A DNA stretch of 63,474 bases, filler included, from Neolecta irregularis DAH-3 (GCA_001929475.1; 15 parts of 15 records of this genome joined end to end with filler, not necessarily neighbours in it); one strand, 5' to 3'; shown: positions 23,624 through 36,807, counted from the whole stretch's first letter. Translations and numbers: made by a program. Notes: generated by a model not told the origin, from the letters alone.

Positions 23624-24583
23624 TAATCAAACCGGCGTGTTTGGATCGATATACGTTTGTTGTTTCCTCTAAAGTATTTGCCCAGCCGTTTGGATCTGGT
23701 GGTGAGCGGTCCATGTGATCGCAACAAGGAAAACAGCGAGTAGAACGCGCAAGTGAAGGAGGCAGGCGGTGGCGCCATCACATGCAAGTACTTTAAGCGA
23801 TATCGCGCTTCCCCAAACAAACCTGAATTCTCCGCCAGACCAGGCACTATCCACGATTCCGCGGATATCTGCAGGATATACTGTTTTTTTAAATCTCAAA
23901 TTCTATTTATCCAGTGCAGAGGTGTATACTTTATGTATTTCTTCAGATCGGAAGACGACTCGGGGGTATTTGGAAACGCAGAGAATGTTTAAGACAGGAC
24001 TACTCTGAAACTGGTACAGATTATGTACATAATTTGGCAGGGCGTAGTGTCTCAGGCCAGTTATCTGTTAATGTATCCCAGAGCAAGGATGGTAAATAAA
24101 AGAAATAGTTGGTAGGAATCCACAATTGTATTCCATCTACATACATATACAACTGGTGAATAGCAAATATTCTCACTGCTACATCCAAGCTGCTATGAGA
24201 TTCCGGGCTAATGGCCATTTACATTAGGTAAAAATTTGGGTCAAACTCAGCGTCTAATCTCAGTCTTCAGTTTTCAGTTTTCACATCTCCACCTCGAATT
24301 CAGGTATAATCATAAACATTGGAACGAGTAGCAAGTCAATGGTAGAGAAAGGACGGGAAACCCGATCAAGTTAGCAATGCTCAGGTCGAGATTACCATGA
24401 ACGATATGTCCGTTTCAGATGTTTGTATAAGGAGGCAATTATTGAATTCCAGTTTGCTTTCTTCATTATTCTATGATCAATCCTCCTTTGGATAGCTCGT
24501 GTGGTTCTAGGTTTTCCAGAATATTTATGGTGGTTCGCTTGACTAGATGAAAGATTCCACCACCACAAATCCAACTACTCACC

Positions 24584-25357
24584 ATGCTGGCTTTCCCAGT
24601 CGCCCTTTTTCTCTTCTTTTTCTCTGCAATTTCCGCGCATTTAATTACTCTTGGTGGAGAATCAACAGGTACCGCCTCCGTGAATCGAAATTTAATTGAT
24701 TATAGAGTGTTTCTTTGAAAACCTTCACAAGGATGATAAATTGACCGTAAGTTTTCAGACGGATTCCGAGGATGGCGAGTATGGAATTCGTTTCCACGTA
24801 AGCCATTGCTTTTGACTGTAGCGCTCAACTGAAAGATCCTTGATCCAGCTGGTAGGTTTCTCGTCAATGAACAAAGTACGTCATTCGGGGAGTTCCAAAT
24901 CACCTCCCAAATGGACGGAACTCACAAATACTGCTTCCAAAACGTGACTCCTCTAGTCCGTTTGTTTACTAAACCTCAGTTTGCGAGTCATTTGAAGTTT
25001 GTTTCTTTCAACGTCCATGGAGTAGTCTATGTATCTGACGAAGATCCTGATCACCAAGATCCTATGGAACGTCAGGTTCGAGAGCTATCAGAGCTCCTAG
25101 AGGCCATACGAGATGAACAAGAATATATCGTTGCCAGAGAACGAATGCATCGAAATAGTAAGATGTCTTATGATAATGGCTCCTAACAATAAGCTGCGGA
25201 ATCAACCAATTCAAGAGTGAAATGGTGGAGTTTGATTCAGAGTGGGATAATCGTGGCAGTTTCTGTCTTCCAGATCTACTGGTTGAAAAGGTTTAATTTT
25301 GCCATAGATCGCCAATCCTAACATGATAGATTTTTTGAGGTCAAGAGGGTAGTTTAA
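24584..25357 (+). CDS. emp24: p24/GOLD cargo receptor Emp24
   Basis: Signal peptide, ECFFETL, HKYCFQN, VSFNVHG, EQEYIVARERMHRN|TAESTNSRVKWWS and C-terminal KRFFEVKRVV*. Several short introns. Confidence 0.9.
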
Positions 25358-25544
25358 AATTATTCGTACAACTATACAAAGATTTATTGCCAAGTACGAG
25401 GTTGAGACATGGGTGTATTTGTTCTGACAGGTTCTTTTTCTTCGTATTACTAAATGTGCAACCCAATCATACAGCATAGTCTTGTTTGTGCAATGTCATG
25501 ACTAATTTATACTATCGATTACCATACTTTGGTGCCTATGTTAT

Positions 25545-26180
25545 TTAATCATTCAAGAGAATGAATACACTTGCATCCAACTTGTCTCGCCCCTTCAAGA
25601 AATCTACCGCCATTATAAAGCAATACATGAGAGTCTTGCCGCCAAGTTTCTTGACCAATTCACCAGCACTTTTTGCTGATCCACCTACTCAATCAGTCTG
25701 TGGGCTGTTTTTCCATACCAGTTGCAAGTATATCATCTACTATAATTACTCTCTGACCTGGCTTAATAGAGTGTTCTTGAATCTCAAAGATATCTTCTCC
25801 ATATTCCTTCTGGTATATCGATTGAAGACATTTTCCAGGAAGTTTCCCTCCTTTTCGAATAGGCACAAATGCACAGTTCAAACTTAAAGCCAAGGATGGG
25901 CCGAATAAGAATCCTCGGGCCTCGAGACCGACGATAACATCCGGTTTCAACAAAGCCAGGCGGGCTTCAAGACAAGATAACTACCATATCAGCAAGCGAT
26001 CGAGATGGCAAAGCACGAAAAGACGAAAGTGAGTCGGCGAGGCAAATATTGGAAGGATATCTTTGAACTGAATACCAGGAATCGGAAAGTCGGGGCAGGT
26101 AGTGATGCTACATTGATTAACTTGCGAGGCACCGAGTCAGCCTGCATTTTATTGAGCTCTGCAATGTCTTCGGAGCTCAT
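25545..26180 (-). CDS. apt1: Adenine phosphoribosyltransferase
   Basis: [34 protein letters not shown] and [13 protein letters not shown]. Three introns; the first (26108-26145) is GC-AG. Confidence 0.93.
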
Positions 26181-27171
26181 GATGACAGTGAATTACTGGC
26201 AGCGGGATTCTCTTCTGATAAGCGAAAGATGCCAGAATACTATAACAGGTTTTTATTCGTCTTGTTTCGACTTACTTTTGCCTTTATTTTCAAGCCCAGA
26301 GGTTTTCTCGGGGATCGGCTAGTTTAGTTGGTCTAATCCAAAAGGGAGTCAATGCACAGACCTCTTAAAACTATATTCTCACAAGACATGAATTTAGTCC
26401 CATCCTTTTTCAGATATCTATTTTCACTCGATAGCCTGTTTTTATTGAAGTATGGGCTTATGCAAGATAATGCAGTATCAACCCGATTTCTTTTGTAGAG
26501 CTAAGGCATATTTTCTTTTAAAACGAATAGTTTACAAATTCAAATCTTTTGTGTTCGAGAGAGCAATTAAAAATTCACGCATATTTCACTATATATAGTC
26601 AAATTTGGGTTGTGGAGCGACATGAGAATGATTTAGGGCGCTTATTGCAGCCATTCTTTTAGACTGAATTTCATGAAATGGCCAATAATTCATCTCAGCA
26701 CTTGAAATTGAAAAAATGGATGATGAAGTCAACAAAATGCTGATTAAAAATTTGGTACTATCAGCTAACATTATTTATTGGCTTTTTCAGGCATTTTCCC
26801 CACTTTTGCATCATCAGGCAAGACCCTCAACAATAATTACTCCTGAGCTGTGTTACATTTGAATGCAGCTATTCCAATAGTCTGGAAACTGCTAAGACAA
26901 TGCCATCATGTGAACATTTCATAGGATGATATCGCTTAATCTATGATCTGCATTGTTAAGGCCATAATACACTCCAGTTATTCACTTTAAGAATAATTAT
27001 GCGAAAGCTATGGAAAAACCTGTGCAGAGCCAGGGGTATTGTCTGAACTAGCACATGGGAAAAAAACAGAGATTAGACAATCAACTTATAAAGAGGACTG
27101 TTTTAATTGATATGCAGGCTCGAGAATTTAATATACCAACCCAGTTACTCCTTTTCAACTGTTATGCAAAT

Positions 27172-29000
27172 TCAGTTCACAATCTGCGCCTTTGCAAAAG
27201 CTTCTTCTGCATCTTTTGCTTCCATTGCACCCTTCTCCCTTCCCATTGTTTTGTCAAACCTCACCGCTTCATTTTTTTGGATCATCTCGAGGTCGACTTT
27301 ATGCCCCAAGAGCTACGTAATCAGTATTAGGTTTATAGAGCCAATGAAATACCTCTCGTATATTGTCGATTCCATATTTGATCATTGTCGGTCGCTCCAG
27401 TGAAAGTCCCCAGCCATGCACACGGACATCTTTAGGCAAACCCATCGGTTCCAACATCTCTGGTCTAAACATCCCAGAGTTTCCAATCTCGACCCACTTT
27501 TTGAGTCCCGAGTGGTAGCTGTAGATCTCCATGCTCGGTTCGGTGTAGGGGTTATAAGTTGGTTTGAAACGCAAATTGGTCACACCTACTAGTCAGCCCG
27601 CTCAAGCGACAAGAAAACCCATTTTCTCAAAGAAACGCTGCATGAATCCAATCAGGTCTCCGAGAGTTAAATTATAATCTGCTATCACGCCTTCAACTTG
27701 ATGAAATTCAGCGAGATGAGTTGCGTCCAGCGTCTCATTTCTGAAGACTCTGTCTATACTGAAATATTTGGCAGGTTTGAAGCCTTCTTGAGCGAGCTTG
27801 TATAACATGGCAGTACTAATCGCAGTGGTATGAGTTCGTAAGACAAGTTTTTGAGCTTCTTCGTTTGAAAACGGGTAGCGGTATCCGATGCTTTTATATC
27901 CTCCAAATTCGTGGACTTGGGCTACCTTTTGAAGATAATCTTGGGATGGTAACAGCGCTTTCTCTGGAGAAGAGATATAGAATGTATCTTGCATGTCTCG
28001 GGCTGGATGTTGTTGTGGAACGAACAATGCATCAAAATTCCAGAAACATGATTCAACAAATTTATTGGTTGGCATTTCTTGGAAACTTGGGACGTGAGTA
28101 TAACATAGAGGATAGTAGGAATATACCCCATCTCAAAGAATATTTGTCGGAATTCGGCGCGGACTTTGTTCAAAGGGTGTAAAGCTCCACCTTGAGGAAT
28201 TGCTCCTTCAGCTGCAAGATTGTATTTTTTAAAATTTGCAGACTTCCAGGCACCACTGCAACTATCAGAAATCATCATTGATGATGGTACGATTGAAGTA
28301 GTTCGGCAGTTAAATCAGTTTCTTGCCTTTTTATTTCGAGACTAAATTCAGGCCCTTTCTCGACTCTGAAGGAGATCTGTTTTCTAAAAGTTAGATACTA
28401 TTCCCAACTCCACGGTACGATTTTTCAATTAAATTTCGCTTTTTCATATCTGCGAGTGTTTTAGAGTCGGGGATGTCTCCAGAAAGAACTTGTGTAAGGA
28501 GAACTTGAGTTTTATCGGTAATAGCATCAACCTAGAACGATCAGAGAGATTGGTATCCACAGCGCACTTTTTTCTTGAATACACTTCCGTCTTTTTGAAT
28601 CCATCCATTTTTAAATGCAGCGCCTTGTCCAAATTTTGCAGAAGGTCCGAGTCTTTCCTAAGTTGTCAGTACGGCTATGCTTGCGAGAAATGCCTGCAAA
28701 TCTGTTATCGACAACCCACCGAGACTCTGTTCGACTGCGTTGAAGACTCGGGCTTCATGCGATCCAGATTCAAGACACTCACCCCCTTCGCGAGTCAATG
28801 ACCAAATTTCTTTTTCAAGATGCGAATAGACGATCATCTAGAATCTCAGCGTACTATGGATGAGTCATTACGTTTCGAGCAGCCAGAGATGCCAGAGCTG
28901 CCTGCATTGCTGCTGTCTCGTGCGCAAACTGTGCGGTGTCTGTAATAAAATCATGATCCTGCAGGTATTGGAGGATCGTAGTTGAAAGTTGGCCGGACAT
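27172..29000 (-). CDS. frs2: Cytoplasmic phenylalanyl-tRNA synthetase alpha subunit
   Basis: [57 protein letters not shown] and [13 protein letters not shown]. About 8 short introns, one GC-AG. Confidence 0.95.
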
Positions 29001-29056
29001 GGCGGTGAAGAAGCGAGTTCTTCGCTTCTCCGCTGCAGCTACAAAAAAACCATCAA

Positions 29057-29495
29057 ATGACCATTAAACACACTTCCATCGCCATTCCTGCTACTGCAGT
29101 CTGTCCTGAGCTATCTATTACAATTACTATAGTCTCGCCGCGCAGTTATGTACTGTGGTTGGGATCGCCTGCTAATTGTGCGATGGGCGTATTTTCGGCC
29201 ATAATGCCCTCTGTGCGCCCGGTTTTCTTTTGCAATCAGCGCTGAAAATATGCAGGGAGATTCGACACGGCTGTTGGATTTTGGTTCATCAAACGATCTA
29301 GGAGAAATTGTAGGGCGTGTTCTCGGTATGCCGTCGTCGATAGTTCACGTTGATTAGTAAGCAAAAAAACTCAACGCTCAATTCCTTATAGCGACCCCGC
29401 TGGTCGCAACTCCTGAAATCACATCAACACTGCTCCGTGCGCTGCAAAGTCATTTTGGTTGGAAGACGACACACAGTGGAAGTAACCTGGTTTAG
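29057..29495 (+). CDS. Small spliced protein, possibly proteasome assembly chaperone 4-like
   Basis: Two introns give ..SYVLWLG..MGVFSAIMPS|GDSTRLL..KKLNAQFLIA.., a pattern reminiscent of PSMG4/Poc4. The family call is tentative. Confidence 0.4.
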
Positions 29496-29608
29496 CCGAA
29501 TTGCAAACACTGGATCCAGCCTCGGAAGAAGTCATTTGTGCTGCATCTGCTATTTGGCACTACTGTAATATAGGTTTAGCAATCAAAATGATTTAAAGTA
29601 AGCTTCCT

Positions 29609-30500
29609 TCAACTCTTCCACATCCGCACCTGGACATACAATGTCTTGAATAACATCCCAGGTAGCTTTGTGCCTCTGCCACCGTAAGTAGTAGCCATGA
29701 TTTTGGATAATACTATAAAGTTACTGATGTTTTCCTTGTCAGCTTCTGTAATCCTAACTCGACCAGAAGTTTCTGCCTTGGTTGGATTTTCAGAGTGCTT
29801 CACTTTAAAGGGGTTGCACACGCGGATTTTGTATTCATCCTCTGGGTTGGAACTGGATGCGCTTAGTGAGTACCTACGAACGAAATGGCTTGCAAAAGGA
29901 GGACCCTTTATCATGACAGTTAGATAGATGTATTGAACATACCTTTTTCTTGAAAGGCATCATAGTGGTTGGAAGACGATCGGGTTTCCTCTCCTTGGGA
30001 AAAAGGGGTACATCTAGACACTTTTTAGTAAGTGATAACAATATGCTTACCATGGGTGTAGTTCACTTGAGATCTCAATTTGTGGCACTTTGCAGAAATT
30101 CCGCTCAACGATCGACCAGGAATTTGCAGTAGCATCTCAGGTAGCCTCTTACCTTCATTCTATAATCTTAACGATTCCTTGTATAGAAAGATCACACCAT
30201 TAGTCTCAGCAGAAGCTGGTCCTCTTCGCGGCTGTACCGAAATCTATGTCTCTGAGGGGGAAGTTGATCTTTCACCGAAAGGACATTAAGGCTTACTTTC
30301 AGAGCGTGTTCTTGTTTGATCTGTTCAATGTGGTTGGCAATGAAGAATTCCTGACGAATATCTTTCCAGGACCGTCCTGATTTCTAAGACTCAGCTAGAG
30401 ACTCAATGTTCCCGTACTCGTAGATTTTTGATCAGCAACCGTTCCACAGAGCTGATATTCCTCAAGGCCAAAGGTGCGTCAACTATCATGCTCTCTGAGA
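29609..30500 (-). CDS. Multi-intron Myb/SANT-like protein (boundaries uncertain)
   Basis: Spliced exons at about 30075-30430 read LLIKNLR|KSGRSWKDIRQEFF and RFRYSREEDQLLLRLM|NEGKRLPEMLLQIPGRSLSGISAKCHKL, a Myb-like helix pattern. Confidence 0.5.
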
Positions 30501-31222
30501 TATCATCACGTTCATCAAATACAGAGTTAGGCAAGTGCGAGGTTTCTAACTGCGTAAGTTATACGTCCTCGATGAGTAGTTGAAACGATTTGGGATACTG
30601 TGATTTACATTCTGACCACGACTGTACATGTCCTTGGTCTGAATAATTAATAGGCGGCATCTAAAGAACAGGTACAAACTGTGGGCCAATTGGTTTGCAC
30701 TCCATCAATGAAGTCTCTTGATTTCCCATAGTGAAATGTAAGAATTGCAAACTTGAAGGTAGCTCAAATGGAAAAACTTCCTGATTGAAATGCGATCTGG
30801 TTTCGTTCGCCCAGATATTTCTCAATAAAAGAAATGTAGTTAGTGCCCTGGGAAAAATGCCATAATAGGCTTAGCATCAATTAACGTCCATAACTTCTAG
30901 TGTTGAATGAAGTTAGACAACATTGCGGATTATATTGGCTTTGTAAGAGTTGGATTCAACTGCCTGACAGAGAATAACCCTAAGTTTATCTGGCTTTTGA
31001 CAGTTGAAGCACGAGCTATCCTCGAGTTCGGTCTTGCAACTCCTTCATCGAAATCACCAAGCACCCCCAGGTGATGATGTCTTGCAACAACTCATAGAAG
31101 TTGTCGTCATTGGGAATATTCACATTGCTGTTTGCGAGCCGGATCGTATACAGTACATGATTCTCAATAATCTTGTTTCTCCAATGCTGCATAAAAACAT
31201 GATGGTCGTCAAGTCTCAGCTT

Positions 31223-31962
31223 TTAAATAACAGACTTGGATGACAAAAATTTCAAACACATGCCAAAAACGATCCGAATTGATTGAGAAAATGAAAGGAA
31301 ATAGCGACGTAGCCAGCCTATGTACCATAGGCAAGTCGATAGTAAAGAGCCTGTACGAGCAGGACTGGCTTTCTTGTTTCTATGAGGAACAGGAGCTGAA
31401 GATTAGACCATCAATAAACAAAGGCTATTACCACAGGGGTTTCCAGCTTCGTAGAAGGTTTGAAGAAGCTCAATAGCAGTTTCCTTCATTACTCCGCCGA
31501 TGACTTCATATCTGCCTTCTCTGAACACATTAGAATAACGACGACATAGCTCATACCCATTGTGAACACTCAGCACACTCCCGTTTCCTCCAAACCGATA
31601 GTTTTCACATCCGAAAACAACTTTCTTAATACCAAGAATTTTGAGAGCGGAAGCACACATAATACATGGTTCTACTGTCACGTAGAGTATAGTCTCGTGA
31701 AATATTTCTCTTCGGTATTCCTTGAGAATTTTGTCAACAGCAACAAACTCGGAGTGCCTAGTTCCCTGAGTGTTCACTAGATCATATCGTAATTATTTAC
31801 GTTCAAACTAGCATTGGTCTCGTTGAACCCGGAAGCGATAACTTTGTTGTTATGTACGAAAACGCAGCCGACCGGGACCTCACTTACTGACATAGCGGCT
31901 TTAGCCTGTTCTACAGCCAGGTTCATAAAGTAATCATCAGTCCTGGTTTCGCGAGATACCAT
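31223..31962 (-). CDS. tad2: tRNA adenosine-34 deaminase subunit Tad2
   Basis: EVPVGCVFV, GFNETN..|GTRHSE, LYVTVEPCIMCASAL and RFGGNGSV. Three introns. 3' end approximate. Confidence 0.88.
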
Positions 31963-32144
31963 AGGAAATAAAAACAAAAAAACGTTCACGGGATTAGATT
32001 CCGAAGGTTGCAACGTTGTATCACGAGTTGCTTGAAGAACTTTTGAGCAATTTCGACGTTGACACTCCTGACCTCCAACTTTCTCAATCACCACCCAAAC
32101 AATACTACGAAACTTGGTCAACACTTTCGTCTATTCGTTTCATC

Positions 32145-32945
32145 ATGGTCCGTCCACCGCCTGGCGCCCCGTTTATTCCGTCGGATGAAGCAAAACTGAA
32201 GGAAAAACTGCGTCAGTGGAAGTCCTCACGGAAACAAAGATTTGGTGAAAAGAGACGCCATGGCTTTGTCGAAACAGAAAAGGCTGATATGCCTCCCGAG
32301 CATCTGCGAAAGGTGGATCACCAATCGTACTATTGTATGTACTGATCTGCTCGCAGATTATCAAAGACCATGGAGACATGTCGTCGAAGAAATTTCGCCA
32401 CGATAAAAGGGCATATCTTGGTGCATTGAAATACATGCCTCACGCTGTGCTCAAACTTCTTGAAAATATGCCAATGCCTTGGGAACAAGTTCGCGAAGTC
32501 CCGGTTTTATATCACATCACGGGTATAGCAGTTCAGTATATTTTCTGGACTTAACTTTTCTTAGGTGCTATTACGTTCGTTAATGAGATTCCTCGAGTTA
32601 TTAAACCTCACTTCATTGCGCAGTGGGGCACGATGTGGATTATGATGCGACGAGAGAAAAGAGATCGAAAACATTTCAAACGAATGAGGTGGCCTCCTTT
32701 CGATGATGAGGAGCCACCCTTGGATTACTCGGAAAATGTCGAAGAAGCAGAGCCTCTCGAAGCTATTCAGCTTGAGCTGGACGAAAACGATGATACCGCT
32801 GTGCTTGATTGGTTCTACGACCACAAAGCACTTATTGATACATCCTCTGTCAATGGACCCAGTTACAAACGGTGGAATCTGGATCTTCCCAAAATGAGCA
32901 ATCTTTACAGGCTCGCTAATCAACTACTCAGTGATCTTACGGATC
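32145..32945 (+). CDS. prp8: Pre-mRNA splicing factor Prp8, N-terminal part (truncated by contig end)
   Basis: [52 protein letters not shown] and [31 protein letters not shown]. Confidence 0.97.
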
Positions 32946-33506
32946 NNNNNNNNNNNNNNNNNNNNNNNNNNNNNNNNNNNNNNNNNNNNTTAATTAATTA
33001 ANNNNNNNNNNNNNNNNNNNNNNNNNNNNNNNNNNNNNNNNNNNNGACAATCCTGCTATATCCTAAAATAATTAGATTCTGCCTGAAGTACCAAATATTC
33101 ATCATCACAGGTTTTACGCAGACAAACATGCGGGAGTTGTTCGCGTCTAAGACGTAATCATTATGCACCTCACCGAGTATTACTACTAAGAATCAATCTT
33201 TGCTAAACTATTTCCTGAGAAACCCAATGAGAAATTATTGTATTAATAGAAGAAAGAGACACTGCCCGAGGTTTCAGTAGAGGCAAGTTAAACGAGATAC
33301 CGCACGACAATGAGTATGTATGAAAGGGGCAAAATAAAACAAACAGGAGAGGGAAAGTAAAGCGGGCAAACCCCCAAATTGCATGTGGTAGTCTGCTATT
33401 CATTTAACAAACAGCGTTTCATGATCCATCTTCGTTAGAAACTGGAATAAAGCAATACTGTTTTCATAGAAAGGTTGGTCAAAGTTCGAATGAAAAAGGA
33501 TTTCAC

Positions 33507-33590
33507 CGACCGAGACAGGACTCGAACCTGCAACCTTTCGCAGTCTACGGTGAATCGTAAACGAATACTCTACCATTGAGCCACACGGCC
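33507..33590 (-). tRNA. tRNA-Arg(ACG) with an intron of about 12 nt
   Basis: Minus strand reads GGCCGTG TG GCTC AATGGTA GAGT A TTCGT TT ACG A [TTCACCGTAGAC] T GCGAA AGGTT GCAGG TTCGAGT CCTGT CTCGGTC G, with a T-run terminator downstream. Confidence 0.88.
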
Positions 33591-33684
33591 TTGGCTGGTT
33601 TAGCCTGTTTCTAGTGCCAATATATTTGCTCCATATCAAATCACCACATACCCCACATTGTTGGACCTAACCATTACTACCAGG

Positions 33685-34276
33685 ATGTCACCATCCTCAC
33701 CTCGATCCAATCCACAAACTCCTCAACCATCAGTCGATTCCTCTGCTGACAATGCAATCCCATCATCTTCTCGCAATGGAGTCTGTATGATCCCCTCTAA
33801 GAAATCGACGTTGTCTCTAAGCGGTCTCTTATCTAAAAGGAGTATCGCAGAGATCCCACTGCCACCTGGAATTCGACGACCGAGTATATTAGCCAAGAAC
33901 CAAGGACCGGTGCGAGTTGAAACCAAAGTCTGGCTAGCGAATGAACGGACGTTTTTGAAGTGGATGCATATGGCGACGTTATTAGCCACCTTATCCCTTG
34001 GTCTTTTGAACGGAAGTGGGGAAGAGAATAGAACTGGGAGAACGTTTGGGATGGTTTACACTTGTATTGCTGTATCTTGTGCTTGTTGGGGGTATTTCAA
34101 GTATCGGCTTCGGGCTAGATTGATTGCGGAGCGGAGTGCGAGTCATATGGATGATATCTGTGGACCTGTGATTGTCTGTTTGGCGTTGGTTTTTGCCATG
34201 GTTCTGAATTTCTGGTACAAGGTATGATTTGGAGTGTGTATTTGCTGAGAGTTAGTGGAAGCAGATTATGGGATAG
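33685..34276 (+). CDS. VTC-complex membrane subunit (DUF202 three-TM domain only)
   Basis: LPPGIRRP..KNQGPVRVETKVWLANERTFLKW followed by three TM helices and DDICGP. Short intron near the 3' end. Confidence 0.85.
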
Positions 34277-34643
34277 CTGGATGTAAATAACATGGAGTGC
34301 CAGACGGGCCTGAAGCCCGCAAACGTATGATCTACCAGATTATGGACTAGATTGTAGAACATGACATGGACTAGATAGTAGAAACATGACTCTATAGCTC
34401 ACAGACTATGATCCACCATATTATGGACAAGATGACAAATGGATTGATACGGCTGTAGACCACAAACTGATATCCACCAAATATAGAAACTAGTCGGCAG
34501 AATGTAAACCAACAAAACCAAAAAGTATCCAAGCCTATGAACATGATAAATATATTACTTAGCCCATTCCAACCAAACCCAACCAAACCAAGTCATACAG
34601 GATATATGTTGACGGAAAAGATAAGAGAAAATTATACGAGTAG

Positions 34644-34750
34644 CATACGATGAGATTGACGACAGGTCATACGACGAGATTGACGACGAGGTCATACGAT
34701 GAGATTGACAACGTGGTCATACGATGAGATTGGCAACGACATTGACGACA
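34644..34750. repeat. Minisatellite, about 4 copies of 24-25 bp (CATACGATGAGATTGACGAC..GGT)
   Basis: Direct tandem copies between two convergent genes. Confidence 0.8.
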
Positions 34751-34941
34751 AGGCTGATAAAAAGGTGATGTGAGACTGAAGAGATTTTTGAGGTAGCTGT
34801 GATTATGTGAGATACGATATGATGCGATATGACGATGGCGAGAAGAGTTTTCTATCGCAGCTATGCGGTAGCGATAGTGCATGTATCCCAGGAATATCTC
34901 TCGCAATCGCCGTAGATATCATCTTGCTATCGTTCCTTGCG

Positions 34942-35760
34942 TTATGCTGGCTTTTGCATGCTCTCCTTATCAATTCTCTCCCACAGCCCTTCGTCAAACC
35001 AGCCTACCTTTTCAAACGCTGCCCACAACTTTGAAGCCTTATTGACATCGACTCTACAAACCCTTTGACTATCTGTGCGTCGAAACGTTTTGGACTGCAA
35101 CCGTCTATTGTAGAATTCCCAAAAGATGCGTAGTTTGCAGTCTCGGTACTGGTGGACGCTGAGACGGAGGAGGGCTGCTAGTTTTACTTCTTCTGGATGG
35201 AGGATTGCGATGTCGGGGTCGTTTGAGAGGTCCACGGGGGAGCCTTTCCATTCTACCTTTAGAGTTTTGCCCTTTGCGTTGAGGGTGGAGATGGGCGGAG
35301 TGTGGTCTGGGAGCTGTTCAAAGGGAGTCGTGGCGATGTCTGAACGGGTAGCTTCTTTCTCCTTGAGACGCTCGATGCCGTCATCGCCGCGGATGGGGGT
35401 GTAGGGCGAGGCGAGGTGGGTGCGTGGCCGGTGGGGGGAGGGCGACGCCTGGGACTGGTCTTTCTGGCGGGAGTGGAGCCTGCGGGTGGCGACTGGGGAT
35501 TTTGGGAGTCGTCGCTGGCGGCGGCCGTCTGGCGTCTGGAAGATGTAGATGCGGTTGCGGCGGAGCATGCCGAGCGGATCGCGGCTGTATCTGTCGTAGA
35601 GCGATATGCGCAGGGCGGTTGGAGTGGTGCGCAGGGCGGGTGCCGCAGCAGTGTTTGAGAAGAGCGATGGGGCAGCGGGTGCCGCAGCAGTGAAGAAGAG
35701 GGACGGGGCCGCAGGTGCCGCAGCAGTGAAGAGGGACGAGGCCGCAGGTGCCGCAGCAGC
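34942..35760 (-). CDS. SWIRM-domain protein (Fun19/Laf1-like), 5' end truncated
   Basis: VEWKGSPVDLSNDPDIAILHPEEVKLAALLRL..FRRTDSQRVCRVDVNKASKLWAAFEKVGWF. AAAPAA repeats of about 30 bp at 35635-35760. Confidence 0.9.
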   Translation of the reverse strand, partial: AAAAPAASSLFTAAAPAAPSLFFTAAAPAAPSLFSNTAAAPALRTTPTALRISLYDRYSRDPLGMLRRNRIYIFQTPDGRRQRRLPKSPVATRRLHSRQKDQSQASPSPHRPRTHLASPYTPIRGDDGIERLKEKEATRSDIATTPFEQLPDHTPPISTLNAKGKTLKVEWKGSPVDLSNDPDIAILHPEEVKLAALLRLSVHQYRDCKLRIFWEFYNRRLQSKTFRRTDSQRVCRVDVNKASKLWAAFEKVGWFDEGLWERIDKESMQKPA

Positions 35761-35860
35761 NNNNNNNNNNNNNNNNNNNNNNNNNNNNNNNNNNNNNNNN
35801 NNNNTTAATTAATTAANNNNNNNNNNNNNNNNNNNNNNNNNNNNNNNNNNNNNNNNNNNN

Positions 35861-35925
35861 TCTACAAGCTTAGATTAAGGAATATAACCTAGTCTTATTT
35901 GTACACAAGAGCTCAACACGTTACA
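35861..35925 (+). mobile_element. 3' end of LTR family A
   Basis: TCTACAAGCTTAGATTAAGG...CAACACGTTACA, shared with 9296-9360 (minus) and 48756-48818. Confidence 0.5.
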
Positions 35926-36807
35926 CCTGAGGTAGACCAAGGCGATCGTAGAACTAGCGGCTGGGGCATGTTTGGTATCTCAATGAGCCGTTAGGCAATC
36001 TACCATATCCCAGATTACTCCTAATCTTGAGGACAAAGTCGATCTTCGAAAGACCTTACGATCAAGTCTAGGTAGCCTGGGACGGCAAAGATGCAGGAAA
36101 TCTTCTTTCTACAACATCATGTCCACGTCGCAGTTGTCATCAAACTGTTGTTGTAAGAGAAGGTAATTGAATAAGGTTTCACAGCTCAGTTGGCGTTGGG
36201 TAATTTCTTCATACCGACGTCCAACCTCTGATGCGAAACAACACAGCCAATGCTTTGAACATGACGTACTGAGGAAATTTGTGTTCTGCCAACTTCTGGA
36301 AATAAGTCACAAAACTCTATTCTAAATAAATATAAGTGGGGAACCCCGATTCCAACTACAAACATACCACCTCAAAGATTTTTTCAAGACAGCCAAGAGA
36401 AGTGCGTCTTCGTGACTGTTATAATTATCTGTCTACGCTGTTGATCCAAAGGAAATTATCAGATCAATCATTCTATTGCTGTGATCTGCTAAATATCCTT
36501 CTGAAGCCAGGCTGTCAGGCTGTCAGGCCTTCAATCACATTCAAAAGGTGTGAATACAAAAACAGGTTCTGTAGCTTCTCGTCGTTCTCCCCGAAAAGCC
36601 TTCAAGAGACAAATACCAAACCTCACAGCTGACTTACCAAGAGCCTTTTATGGACTCATTAACAGACCTATGATTATTGGAAATACCAGGTAGCTTGCAA
36701 AAAGTGTGACGATTTTGACACGAGTTTCGTATCATATTCACATTAGCGTGCGTTAACAAACAAGCCGAGTTTTTCATTTCTATCAAGCCTCGCTCGTTAC
36801 CTTCCAA

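Noticed and set aside
31745-31760. Tad2 HSE instead of canonical HAE
   Set aside because: The catalytic Glu and PCxxC are intact; this is a conservative change.
32145-32945. Prp8 intein
   Set aside because: Only the N-terminal part of the gene is present. Known intein sites lie far downstream, and no insertion is seen here.
34644-34750. CRISPR-like direct repeats
   Set aside because: The copies are head-to-tail with no unique spacers, there are no cas genes, and the context is eukaryotic. It is a minisatellite.
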